A stretch of 64,000 nt of DNA. Source: Candidatus Omnitrophota bacterium (GTDB taxonomy: Bacteria > Omnitrophota > Gorgyraeia > Tantalellales > Tantalellaceae). The translations under genes were made by a program, and so were the position numbers. The notes beneath the pieces are model-generated. The model was given only the letters and a program-made list of their open reading frames with translations, did not search any database and had not been told where the DNA came from. Shown in pieces: positions 55,547 through 64,000 of this stretch. Location: assembly GCA_041667545.1 (NCBI GenBank), contig JBAYES010000004.1:152-64151 (forward strand). The letters are read 5' to 3'. Each line of letters begins with the position of its first letter. The first letter of the stretch is position 1.

Positions 55547-55613
55547 TTTACGTTTCCTTCAATAATCGCAGCATGCCGGAACAATGTATCGGAGGACGAT
55601 TTCAAAATACCTC

Positions 55614-55641
55614 TTGACAAAATACTCAGATTTTTTATAAT
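55614..55641 (+). promoter_or_regulatory. Sigma-70-type promoter of groESL
   Basis: TTGACA (55614-55619), a 16-nt spacer, then TATAAT (55636-55641), immediately upstream of CIRCE. Confidence 0.65.
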
Positions 55642-55650
55642 GTGTTCTCG

Positions 55651-55677
55651 TTAGCACTCTCTGTTCCGGAGTGCTAA
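55651..55677 (+). promoter_or_regulatory. CIRCE operator (HrcA binding site)
   Basis: TTAGCACTC-N9-GAGTGCTAA is a perfect match to the CIRCE consensus. It lies between the promoter and the groES RBS. Confidence 0.9.
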
Positions 55678-55723
55678 AATGGAAGTCAGGGGGAACAGAA
55701 AAACTGAAGAGGAGGAAAAGGAA

Positions 55724-56014
55724 ATGAAAGTCAAACCACTTGGAGACAAGGTTCTTGTGGAGGTTCTTGAGGCTGAGGAGATCACGAAAGGCGGTATAGT
55801 TCTGCCGGACACAGCAAAAGAAAAACCCCAGCAGGGAAAAGTAGTATCGGTCGGGAAAGGTAAAATATCCGAAGACGGTAAGGCAGTAGCACTGGAAGTC
55901 AAGGAAGGCGACGTCGTTCTTTACGGCAAATATTCCGGAACTGAGCTGAAGATAGACGAAAGAAATCTTCTTATGCTCAAAGAAGAGGATATTCTGGGTA
56001 TAGTGTCCCGGTAA
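55724..56014 (+). CDS. groES: Co-chaperonin GroES
   Basis: MKVKPLGDKVLVEVLEAEEITKGGIVLPDTAKEKPQQGKVVSVG…; RBS GAGGAGG. The track ORF from 55679 reads through CIRCE and is too long. Confidence 0.95.
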   Translation: MKVKPLGDKVLVEVLEAEEITKGGIVLPDTAKEKPQQGKVVSVGKGKISEDGKAVALEVKEGDVVLYGKYSGTELKIDERNLLMLKEEDILGIVSR

Positions 56015-56055
56015 ATGTAAATTAACGTTTTACGGAGTCAAAAAACTTATTTTAA

Positions 56056-57717
<1,662 letters not shown>

Positions 57718-57741
57718 GTCAAGGAAAAAGAAAAGTCAGAA

Positions 57742-57772
57742 GGCCGGGATCTTACGATCCCGGCCTTTTTGT
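57742..57772 (+). terminator. Rho-independent terminator after groEL
   Basis: GGCCGGGATC-TTAC-GATCCCGGCC followed by TTTTTG. Confidence 0.75.
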
Positions 57773-57783
57773 ATTTAATCTTG

Positions 57784-57812
57784 TTGACTTGCGTTGGTTC
57801 TGGGGTTACAAT
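57784..57812 (+). promoter_or_regulatory. Sigma-70-type promoter of the riboflavin operon
   Basis: TTGACT, a 17-nt spacer, then TACAAT. The riboswitch begins a few nt downstream. Confidence 0.55.
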
Positions 57813-57817
57813 TGAGT

Positions 57818-57970
57818 CTGCTTCAGGGTAAGGTGGCGTTTATGCCAGCGCTGATTCCTTAGCCGGCGGTGATTTTCGAAAGAAATAAGTCCGCGAGATC
57901 CGCAATATGCGGATCTGAACCCGTGAAAATCGGGTACCGACCGTATAGCCGGGATGGGAGAAGTGGAGGT
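57818..57970 (+). ncRNA. FMN riboswitch (RFN element) controlling ribBA-ribH-nusB-…
   Basis: Blocks matching the RFN consensus: …CAGGGTAAGG…ACCGGCGGTGA…AGTCCGCGAG…GGATCTGAACCCGTGAAAATCGGGTACCGACCGTATAGCCGGGATGGGAGAAG (compare B. subtilis …GGAUUCAG…GAAGCCGACAGUGAAAGUCUGGAUGGGAGAAG). An intrinsic terminator follows. Confidence 0.8.
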
Positions 57971-57994
57971 TTTTTAGAGAAACTTTTCCGTGAC

Positions 57995-58023
57995 CCTGAA
58001 GATATCTTCAGGGTTTTTTTTTT
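57995..58023 (+). terminator. Riboswitch expression-platform terminator
   Basis: CCCTGAAGATATCTTCAGGG followed by a T9 run, 45 nt upstream of the ribBA ATG. Confidence 0.75.
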
Positions 58024-58067
58024 GGTGTATCCGGAAGGGAAAAGAGTTAGAGAACAAAGAGGGAAAA

Positions 58068-59273
58068 ATGCGCATAAAGCTCAGTAAGATCAAAGATGTT
58101 CTTAAGGATATACGCAAAGGGAAGATGGTCGTAGTTGTGGATGATCCTTCGAGGGAAAATGAGGGGGATATAATAACTTCCGCGTCACGGATAACTCCCG
58201 AAAAAGTGAATTTTATGGCCAAATTCGCCCGCGGACTTATATGTGTGCCCATGGAAGAAAAGTCGGCGGAAAGATTAGGACTTCATATGATGCTGACATC
58301 GCTGCAGGATCCTTACAAGACCGCCTGGGCGGTCTCGGTGGATGCCGGAAAGGGGATCACTACGGGTATTTCCGCTTCCGATCGGGCAAGGACAATAAAG
58401 GTGTTGGCGGACCCTGCCTCAGTGCCTGAAGATCTTGTTAAACCGGGGCATGTGTTCCCGCTGCGAAGCCGTAAAGGGGGCGTATTGGTTAGAGCCGGAC
58501 ATACGGAAGCCGGAGTAGACCTTATGAAACTCGCCGGCGAGCCGCCCGTATCGGTAATATGCGAGATAATGAATGAGAACGGCACTATGGCTAGGATGAA
58601 AGATCTTCTTAAATTTACCGAAAAACATAAACTTAAAATGTGTACCATAGAGGATCTTATCAAGTACAGGAGAAGCGAGGAGAAGCTTATCGAAAAAGTA
58701 GCCGAGGTGGATCTTCCTACCGCGCACGGTCATTTTAGGCTTCACGCGTACAGTTCTCTTGTAGACGATTATCAGCATCTCGCTCTTGTAAAGGGGGACA
58801 TAAGGCGAGGGGAGGTGCTCGTAAGAGTGCATTCCCAGTGTCTTACCGGAGATATTTTTCATTCTTCAAGATGTGATTGTGGAGATCAACTGGAAGACGC
58901 TATGAAAAAAATATCGAAGGAAGGTAAGGGCGTGATACTTTACCTTTCACAGGAGGGTAGAGGCATAGGCCTTATGAACAAATTGAAAGCATATGAACTT
59001 CAGGATAGGGGTCTTGATACGGTCGAAGCCAACGAAAAGCTCGGATTTAACGATGACTTAAGGGATTACGGGATAGGCGCCCAGATCCTGGCCGATCTCG
59101 GCCTGAAAAAAATACGGCTTCTTACCAATAATCCAAGAAAGATTGTAGGCCTTAAAGGTTATGGGTTAAAAGTCGAGAAAAGAGTGCCTCTTGAGATAAA
59201 TCCAGGAGAGGGGAACTTACGGTATCTTAGAACAAAAAAAATTAGAATGGGACATAAACTTAAGAAAGTATAG
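58068..59273 (+). CDS. ribBA: Bifunctional 3,4-dihydroxy-2-butanone-4-phosphate synthase / GTP cyclohydrolase II
   Basis: DHBP synthase half ([14 protein letters not shown]…) and GCH-II half ([18 protein letters not shown]…). The start at 58068 follows the riboswitch terminator. Confidence 0.95.
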   Translation: MRIKLSKIKDVLKDIRKGKMVVVVDDPSRENEGDIITSASRITPEKVNFMAKFARGLICVPMEEKSAERLGLHMMLTSLQDPYKTAWAVSVDAGKGITTGISASDRARTIKVLADPASVPEDLVKPGHVFPLRSRKGGVLVRAGHTEAGVDLMKLAGEPPVSVICEIMNENGTMARMKDLLKFTEKHKLKMCTIEDLIKYRRSEEKLIEKVAEVDLPTAHGHFRLHAYSSLVDDYQHLALVKGDIRRGEVLVRVHSQCLTGDIFHSSRCDCGDQLEDAMKKISKEGKGVILYLSQEGRGIGLMNKLKAYELQDRGLDTVEANEKLGFNDDLRDYGIGAQILADLGLKKIRLLTNNPRKIVGLKGYGLKVEKRVPLEINPGEGNLRYLRTKKIRMGHKLKKV

Positions 59274-59281
59274 TAAAATAG

Positions 59282-59523
59282 GGCTCTGCAAAATAGACTT
59301 TTATCCCGTCTTTGCGAGGAGCGAACGAAGTGAGTGACGAAGCCCTTCGCTTCGCTCAGGATTTCGTCCTGAGTATGGTCGAAGGACGAAGCAATCTCCC
59401 TCCAACGTCGTTGCGAACCCGCCGAAGGAGGGTGAAGCAATCGCAATAAATACAATAAGTTATGAGGTTGCTTCGGTCGCTTTGATTCCTCGCAATGACG
59501 TGAAATTGTCGTTTTGCAGAGGC
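59282..59523 (+). mobile_element. MITE-like element, family C, copy 3, carrying a nested about-100-bp insertion
   Basis: Outer TIR GGCTCTGCAAAATAGACTTTTATCCCGTCTTTGCGAGG … CCTCGCAATGACGTGAAATTGTCGTTTTGCAGAGGCC. The inner inserted segment CCCTTCGCTTCGCTCAGGATTTCGTCCTGAG…GGTGAAGCAATCGC is absent from copies 1 and 2. It lies between ribBA and ribH. Confidence 0.65.
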
Positions 59524-59551
59524 CATATAGTAAAATACAAAGGAGGGAAAC

Positions 59552-60022
59552 ATGCCTGAGATCAAAAGTATTAAGGGAAGTATGGTAGCGAACAAGAAAC
59601 GTTTTGGTATAATCGTTTCACGTTTTAATGAGTTTGTTTCATCGAAATTACTGGAAGGCGCGGTAGACACTTTAATACGGCTTGGAGGGAAAAGTGAAGA
59701 TATTCAAACTGTATGGGTGCCCGGAGCGTTCGAGCTCCCTATGGCAGCGAAGAAAATGGCCTCTTCCGGAAAATATGACGCTGTTATTTGTTTAGGGACC
59801 ATAATTAGAGGTGAAACCCCGCATTTTGACTTTATCGCTTCTGAAGCGGCGAAGGGGGTGGCGTCTGTCGCTATGAACTCCGAGACTCCCTGTGTTTTCG
59901 GGGTAATAACCGCGGATACTCTTGATCAGGCCATAGACAGGGCGGGAACCAAAAGCGGGAATAAGGGAAGAGATGCGGCTATGACGGCGGTGGAAATGTG
60001 CAATCTGTATAAGATGCTGTAA
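59552..60022 (+). CDS. ribH: 6,7-dimethyl-8-ribityllumazine synthase
   Basis: FGIIVSRFNEFVSSKLLEGAVDTL… is a typical RibH. Confidence 0.95.
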   Translation: MPEIKSIKGSMVANKKRFGIIVSRFNEFVSSKLLEGAVDTLIRLGGKSEDIQTVWVPGAFELPMAAKKMASSGKYDAVICLGTIIRGETPHFDFIASEAAKGVASVAMNSETPCVFGVITADTLDQAIDRAGTKSGNKGRDAAMTAVEMCNLYKML

Positions 60023-60053
60023 AACTATTATGAACAAATAAAAACGAGGTGTT

Positions 60054-60485
60054 ATGAGGAAACGTACCCTTTCCAGGGAAATAGCGCTTAAAATACTTTA
60101 CGCGAGCGAAATAACTTCGGAACCCGTCGTGGAGTCTTTTGGAAAATTCTGGGAGAATGATGGTTTATATAGCGAGGAAGTGAAGTCGTACGCCGAGATG
60201 CTTGTCCTGGGAGTGGGAGAACATATGTGTGAGATAGATTCCGCCATATCGGGTTTCGCGGCTAACTGGGAGATAGGCCGTATGGCCACGATAGATCGAA
60301 ACATTATAAGGATAGCGGCGTACGAACTGATGTTCCTTGAAGAGGTCCCGCCCAAAGTGGCTATAAATGAGGCTATTGAAATAGCGAAGAAGTACGGGGA
60401 CAAAGATTCGGGAAAATTCGTTAACGGTATACTCGATAGGATAAGCCGGCCCAGATTCGGGGGGCAGGGAGGCGGAACGAAATAA
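60054..60485 (+). CDS. nusB: Transcription antitermination factor NusB
   Basis: [10 protein letters not shown]… and …[14 protein letters not shown]… Its position after ribH is the conserved one. Confidence 0.9.
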   Translation: MRKRTLSREIALKILYASEITSEPVVESFGKFWENDGLYSEEVKSYAEMLVLGVGEHMCEIDSAISGFAANWEIGRMATIDRNIIRIAAYELMFLEEVPPKVAINEAIEIAKKYGDKDSGKFVNGILDRISRPRFGGQGGGTK

Positions 60486-61336
60486 TGAAAAAAGACCTGA
60501 GCGGAAGAGCCGACCTGCATGTTCATACGACCTTTTCTGACGGTGTGTTTACACCTGCCGAGGTTGTGGAAAAAGCTTTAGAAATGGGACTTGGAGCAGT
60601 AGCCATAACCGATCATGATTGCGCTGAAGGGATACCTCAGGCTATATATGCGGCCCGGGGAAAACCGGTTGATGTGATCCCGGGTATCGAAATATCCGCC
60701 GCCGCGGGAGATAATGAAATACATATTCTCGGATATTTTATAGATCATGCGGATACCGCTTTGAATGAGACCCTGAGTAAAATGAAAGAGAACAGGGTTG
60801 AGAGGATAAGGAATATTCTTGATCTTTTGAAAAAAGAAGGATTTGACGTTGACGAAAGATCTGTTTTTAAGGACGTTGGGAGCGGAACTATAGGACGAAT
60901 GCATTTGGCCAGGATAATGGTCGAGAATAGGTTTGTGAAAAACCATCATGAGGCGTTTGATAAATATTTGGGAGAAGGCCGTCCGTGCTCCCTGAGACAT
61001 GTACGCCTGGATTTCACAAAAGCCATTTCCATAATAAGATCGGCCGGTGGAGTTCCGGTATTGGCTCATCCGGGAACCATGGGCAGTGATGAGCTTTTTC
61101 CAGATTATGTTTCATCGGGCATGAGGGGGGTGGAAGCGTATCATATAAAACATCATACCCCTGAGATCAACAGGTATCTTGCTATCGCTGAAAAATACGG
61201 ACTGATCGTAACGGGGGGGTCGGATTGCCACGGTATGGCATCGGGACGCATGCTGATGGGAAGAGTGACGGTGGATATCGGGACAGTAGACATTCTAAAA
61301 GAAGAGTCGCGCAAAATACGTCAGCAGGGACAGTAA
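60485..61336 (+). CDS. PHP-domain metal-dependent phosphoesterase (TrpH/YciV-like)
   Basis: DLHVHTTFSDGVFTPAEVVEKALEMGLGAVAITDHD… and later HPGTMG…GGSDCHG match the PHP domain. Confidence 0.8.
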   Translation: MKKDLSGRADLHVHTTFSDGVFTPAEVVEKALEMGLGAVAITDHDCAEGIPQAIYAARGKPVDVIPGIEISAAAGDNEIHILGYFIDHADTALNETLSKMKENRVERIRNILDLLKKEGFDVDERSVFKDVGSGTIGRMHLARIMVENRFVKNHHEAFDKYLGEGRPCSLRHVRLDFTKAISIIRSAGGVPVLAHPGTMGSDELFPDYVSSGMRGVEAYHIKHHTPEINRYLAIAEKYGLIVTGGSDCHGMASGRMLMGRVTVDIGTVDILKEESRKIRQQGQ

Positions 61337-61337
61337 A

Positions 61338-62456
61338 ATGAAAAACTGTGAAGCTGAGAGATATATGCGCCTTGCGCTTGATCTTGCCCGAAAGGGGGAG
61401 GGGAGAACACATCCTAACCCTATGGTGGGGGCGGTCATAGTCTCCGGTAAAAAAGTGATAGCCCGCGGATATCATCATAAGGCCGGTTCCGATCACGCGG
61501 AGATCATGGCCATGAAAAGCTCGAAAGGCCCGTTAAAAAACGCCGTGATGTTCGTTACTCTTGAGCCATGTGATCATTACGGCAAAACCCCGCCTTGCAC
61601 AAGTTCTATAATCGAAAGCGGCATAAAAAAAGTATATGTAGCCATCAAAGATCCTAACCCTATTAATTCCGGAAGAGGTATTAGAAAACTTTTAAAAAAC
61701 GGAATAGCCGTGGACGTCGGCATATGCCGAAAAGAGGCGGCTTATCTGAATAGAGCCTACATAAAGTTCATCACTAAAGGTCTATCATACGTCACCGTAA
61801 AACTGGCGCAGTCTATCGACGGTAAACTGGCGGCCCGAGACGGAACGTCCAAATGGATATCTTCCGCGGAGTCGAGACAGCTGGTAAAGAAAATGCGCGC
61901 TTACTCGGACGCGGTAATGGTAGGGATAAACACGGTTTTAAAGGACGACCCTGCTTTGCTGGCGGCAAAACGGCCAGGAAAAAAACCGGCGCGCATCGTT
62001 CTGGATTCAAGACTTAGAATACCGGAAAACTCGCGCCTCGTAAAAACCGCCGATATCGTTCCGCTTATTATAGTTACCACACCTGACGTGTCTTCCAAAA
62101 AATCGGTACGACTCGCTCGAAAAAGCGGGGTAGAGATAGTTATAGCGAAAAGTAGCGGCGGAAAAGTAGACCTTGAAGATCTTCTGAAAAAGATGGGCGA
62201 AAAAGGAATAGTGAAGATATTTTCGGAAGGCGGTGGAACTCTTGCGGGCGCTCTTATCGAGGGCGGCTTTGCCGATGATGTGGTATTTTTCATAGCTCCA
62301 AAAATATTGGGCGGCAATAAATTCTCGATTGGAGGAAAAGGTGTACCGGGCATAAAAGACGCTATAGTGATAGAGCGTGCCGAGATCTCGACATGCGGCG
62401 GAGATGTGGTGGTCCGTGGGAACTTGAGGGGCGAGGGGCAAAGGGGTAAGGGGTAA
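61338..62456 (+). CDS. ribD: Bifunctional riboflavin biosynthesis deaminase/reductase
   Basis: CMP/dCMP deaminase zinc motif (HAEIMAM…PCDHYGKTPPC) and a RibG reductase C-terminal half. Confidence 0.95.
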   Translation: MKNCEAERYMRLALDLARKGEGRTHPNPMVGAVIVSGKKVIARGYHHKAGSDHAEIMAMKSSKGPLKNAVMFVTLEPCDHYGKTPPCTSSIIESGIKKVYVAIKDPNPINSGRGIRKLLKNGIAVDVGICRKEAAYLNRAYIKFITKGLSYVTVKLAQSIDGKLAARDGTSKWISSAESRQLVKKMRAYSDAVMVGINTVLKDDPALLAAKRPGKKPARIVLDSRLRIPENSRLVKTADIVPLIIVTTPDVSSKKSVRLARKSGVEIVIAKSSGGKVDLEDLLKKMGEKGIVKIFSEGGGTLAGALIEGGFADDVVFFIAPKILGGNKFSIGGKGVPGIKDAIVIERAEISTCGGDVVVRGNLRGEGQRGKG

Positions 62457-62480
62457 GAGATAAGGGGGGAGGGAGAGGGG

Positions 62481-63107
62481 ATGTTTACCGGTATTATACG
62501 CGAGATCGGGAAGGTGAAGGGGGTTCGACGGAAGGACGCTTTTACGGAGCTTGATATATATTGCCCCAAGACGATTGAGTCTTCGGGTTTGGGCGACAGC
62601 GTCGCGGTTAACGGTGTCTGCCTCACGGTCTCGCGCAAAGGTGATCTTCTGTCTTTTGATGTGGTATCTAACACAACCCGAAAAACCAACCTTAAACGTC
62701 TTAAAAACGGCGACCTTGTTAATCTTGAAAACGCGCTGAAAATGGGCCAGGATATCAGCGGACATATCGTATCCGGTCATATTGACGGTGAGCGTAAGAT
62801 CAGGAAAAATTTGAAAAATACTTCCGGACAAGTTTTAGAAATAGGCAAATTGGAAGAGGATCTCGGGCTTGTCGTTCCAAGGGGATCGGTAGCTATAGAC
62901 GGTGTGAGCCTGACCGTGGCGGAGGATTTTAAAGACTTTTTCCGGATCTTTCTTATACCCTACACTTTGAAAGACACTACTTTGGCCGGAAAACGTCCGG
63001 GCAATTATGTGAATGTGGAATATGACGTCATGGGAAAATATGCCGCAGGGAGAAATATATCAAGCTCTTTGACCAGGGAAAAACTCAAAGAAAATGGATT
63101 TATTTAG
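62481..63107 (+). CDS. ribE: Riboflavin synthase alpha chain
   Basis: MFTGIIREIGKV… with two lumazine-binding repeats. Confidence 0.9.
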   Translation: MFTGIIREIGKVKGVRRKDAFTELDIYCPKTIESSGLGDSVAVNGVCLTVSRKGDLLSFDVVSNTTRKTNLKRLKNGDLVNLENALKMGQDISGHIVSGHIDGERKIRKNLKNTSGQVLEIGKLEEDLGLVVPRGSVAIDGVSLTVAEDFKDFFRIFLIPYTLKDTTLAGKRPGNYVNVEYDVMGKYAAGRNISSSLTREKLKENGFI

Positions 63108-63135
63108 AAAGTATCATAAAACGAGGAGGAGAAAT

Positions 63136-63453
63136 ATGAAAAAGATCGCTGTTATTTTGGTTGTGCTGGTTTCTCTGGCAGTTTCATTACATCAAGCCGA
63201 GGCCCAGACTGCGGCGGACAAGCTTGGAAGAGGACTTGCTAACGCTTTAACCGGCATGCTGGCTCTTCCATATACAATGAAGGAAGAGACGGACAATAAC
63301 GGTATAATTGCCGGGATAACCACGGGGATGGTAAAAGGCATAGGCAATGTAATAGTCAGAGAGATTGTGGGAGTATATGAAATACTTACTTTTCCCATTC
63401 CCGTTCCCGAAGGCTACAGGCCCGTGCTTGACGATCCCGAATATCTCCTGTAG
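63136..63453 (+). CDS. Small secreted protein (signal peptide), resembling the TIGR04073-type exosortase-associated small protein family
   Basis: Signal peptide MKKIAVILVVLVSLAVSLHQAEA, then KLGRGLANALTGMLALPYTMKEE… The family assignment is from memory of the KLxRGxxNxxTG motif and is tentative. The track ORF from 63094 carries an N-terminal extension. Confidence 0.4.
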   Translation: MKKIAVILVVLVSLAVSLHQAEAQTAADKLGRGLANALTGMLALPYTMKEETDNNGIIAGITTGMVKGIGNVIVREIVGVYEILTFPIPVPEGYRPVLDDPEYLL

Positions 63454-63478
63454 TAAGCATCTTCACGATCAGCGTCCT

Positions 63479-63669
63479 CGCTACAAGGGTCTGGTATTCC
63501 CTGCGAGGGACGCAAAGATCTTCCCGGCGAGAAGATCTTCGCTCGACGGACGACCTCGTTCCCCCGATGGCCCGTGCCATCCCTTCGCTCGGTTTCGCTC
63601 AGGACACCGCGGGGACCATGCCCACTCGGTCGTCCAACGCCCTCTCCGGGAATACCAGACCCTTGTAGC
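63479..63669 (+). mobile_element. MITE-like element, family D, copy 2 (longer core)
   Basis: CGCTACAAGGGTCTGGTATTCCC…GGGAATACCAGACCCTTGTAGCG with 21/21 inverted-repeat identity; about 190 bp, directly downstream of the small secreted protein gene. Confidence 0.7.
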
Positions 63670-64000
63670 GTGACTGAATAATACTATTAGAACTTTCGCG
63701 CGCAAACTATTATGAGGATAGTGTAAAATTTCTTGCTGAATTTTATCTGTCTGAATGACACGGCTGTGGGGTTAGGAGCTTCATAGGGGGGGTACATACG
63801 GTATGTTTTGGACAGGGCCTCGGGGAGCTTGTTTTAGCTTGGTCTCCGAGCGTACCTTTAGCAAGCTATTAGAGAAAGAGCGAGGAGGAAAACAGCTCCA
63901 CGTGGAGTGAGCACGGCCGCTGGAGCCGTGCGAACGTCCCTGCTGAGTTCAAGGCAAATAAGCGCGGCGAAATCCCGTGTCAGATAATGAACTCAAGCAA

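Noticed and set aside
57869-58087. 72-aa plus-strand ORF
   Set aside because: It lies entirely within the FMN riboswitch aptamer and terminator. The real ribBA start is at 58068.
63365-63673. 102-aa plus-strand ORF (also 63386-63580 and 63481-63705 on the minus strand)
   Set aside because: It is contained within the family D MITE copy, where the arginine-rich translation of the GC-rich inverted repeats gives artefactual ORFs.
63760-64000. RNase P RNA at the window end
   Set aside because: GGAGCTTCATAGGGGGGGTAC partially resembles the P4-proximal GGGCUCCAUAGGGCAGGGUGC, but the universally conserved AGGAAAGUCCGGGC (CR-I) and ACAGAACCCGGCUUA elements are absent. A tmRNA-like or unknown RNA is more plausible (see findings).

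Overview
This is a 64-kb bacterial chromosomal segment, about 45% GC by eye, in which every credible gene lies on the + strand. It is mostly housekeeping backbone. I can support the following, in order. A type IV pilus assembly block opens the window (pilN C-terminus, pilO, pilP, secretin pilQ). Next come a short DUF2344-like protein plus an RNase G/E-family gene, then three prepilin-type (minor pilin-like) genes, one of them 748 aa. After that: rplU-rpmA-obg-proB, a repeat-filled gap, proA, nadD, a small zinc-ribbon protein, rsfS, argS, and an Mfd lacking both the N-terminal UvrB-like module and the C-terminal D7 domain. Two SurA/parvulin paralogs are followed by pdxA-ksgA (the classic surA-pdxA-ksgA arrangement), then gatCAB, ctpA, a YibQ-type deacetylase, tsaD, an MgtC-family protein, a bactofilin fused to an excisionase-type HTH next to a membrane-anchored HTH protein, polA, coaE, rho, rpmE, prfA-prmC-murA, rpsP-trmD-rplS-rnhB, a folate one-carbon cluster (fhs, cyclodeaminase, folD, MetF-like), panB, a DRTGG/Pta-N-domain-like protein, apbE and mnmA. 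A tRNA-Met(CAU) follows, with duplicated terminators after it. The remainder holds hflK-hflC, an HD-GYP protein, an M50 protease, birA-coaX, groES-groEL with a perfect CIRCE operator, and an FMN riboswitch ahead of ribBA-ribH-nusB-PHP-ribD-ribE. The window ends with a small secreted protein and a non-coding stretch that may be the 5' part of a structured RNA. The most unusual aspect is the density of short dispersed repeat families in intergenic gaps: two MITE-like families with terminal inverted repeats, 7-mer tandem arrays, 23-bp periodic arrays and an 82-bp direct repeat between proB and proA. One of these abuts the 3' end of rng and another is fused to the 3' end of mfd. I did not find a recognisable defence island, CRISPR array, transposase or integrase. 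The candidate novelties are the bactofilin-HTH pair, the 748-aa pseudopilin, the truncated Mfd, the repeat families and the possible ncRNAs.
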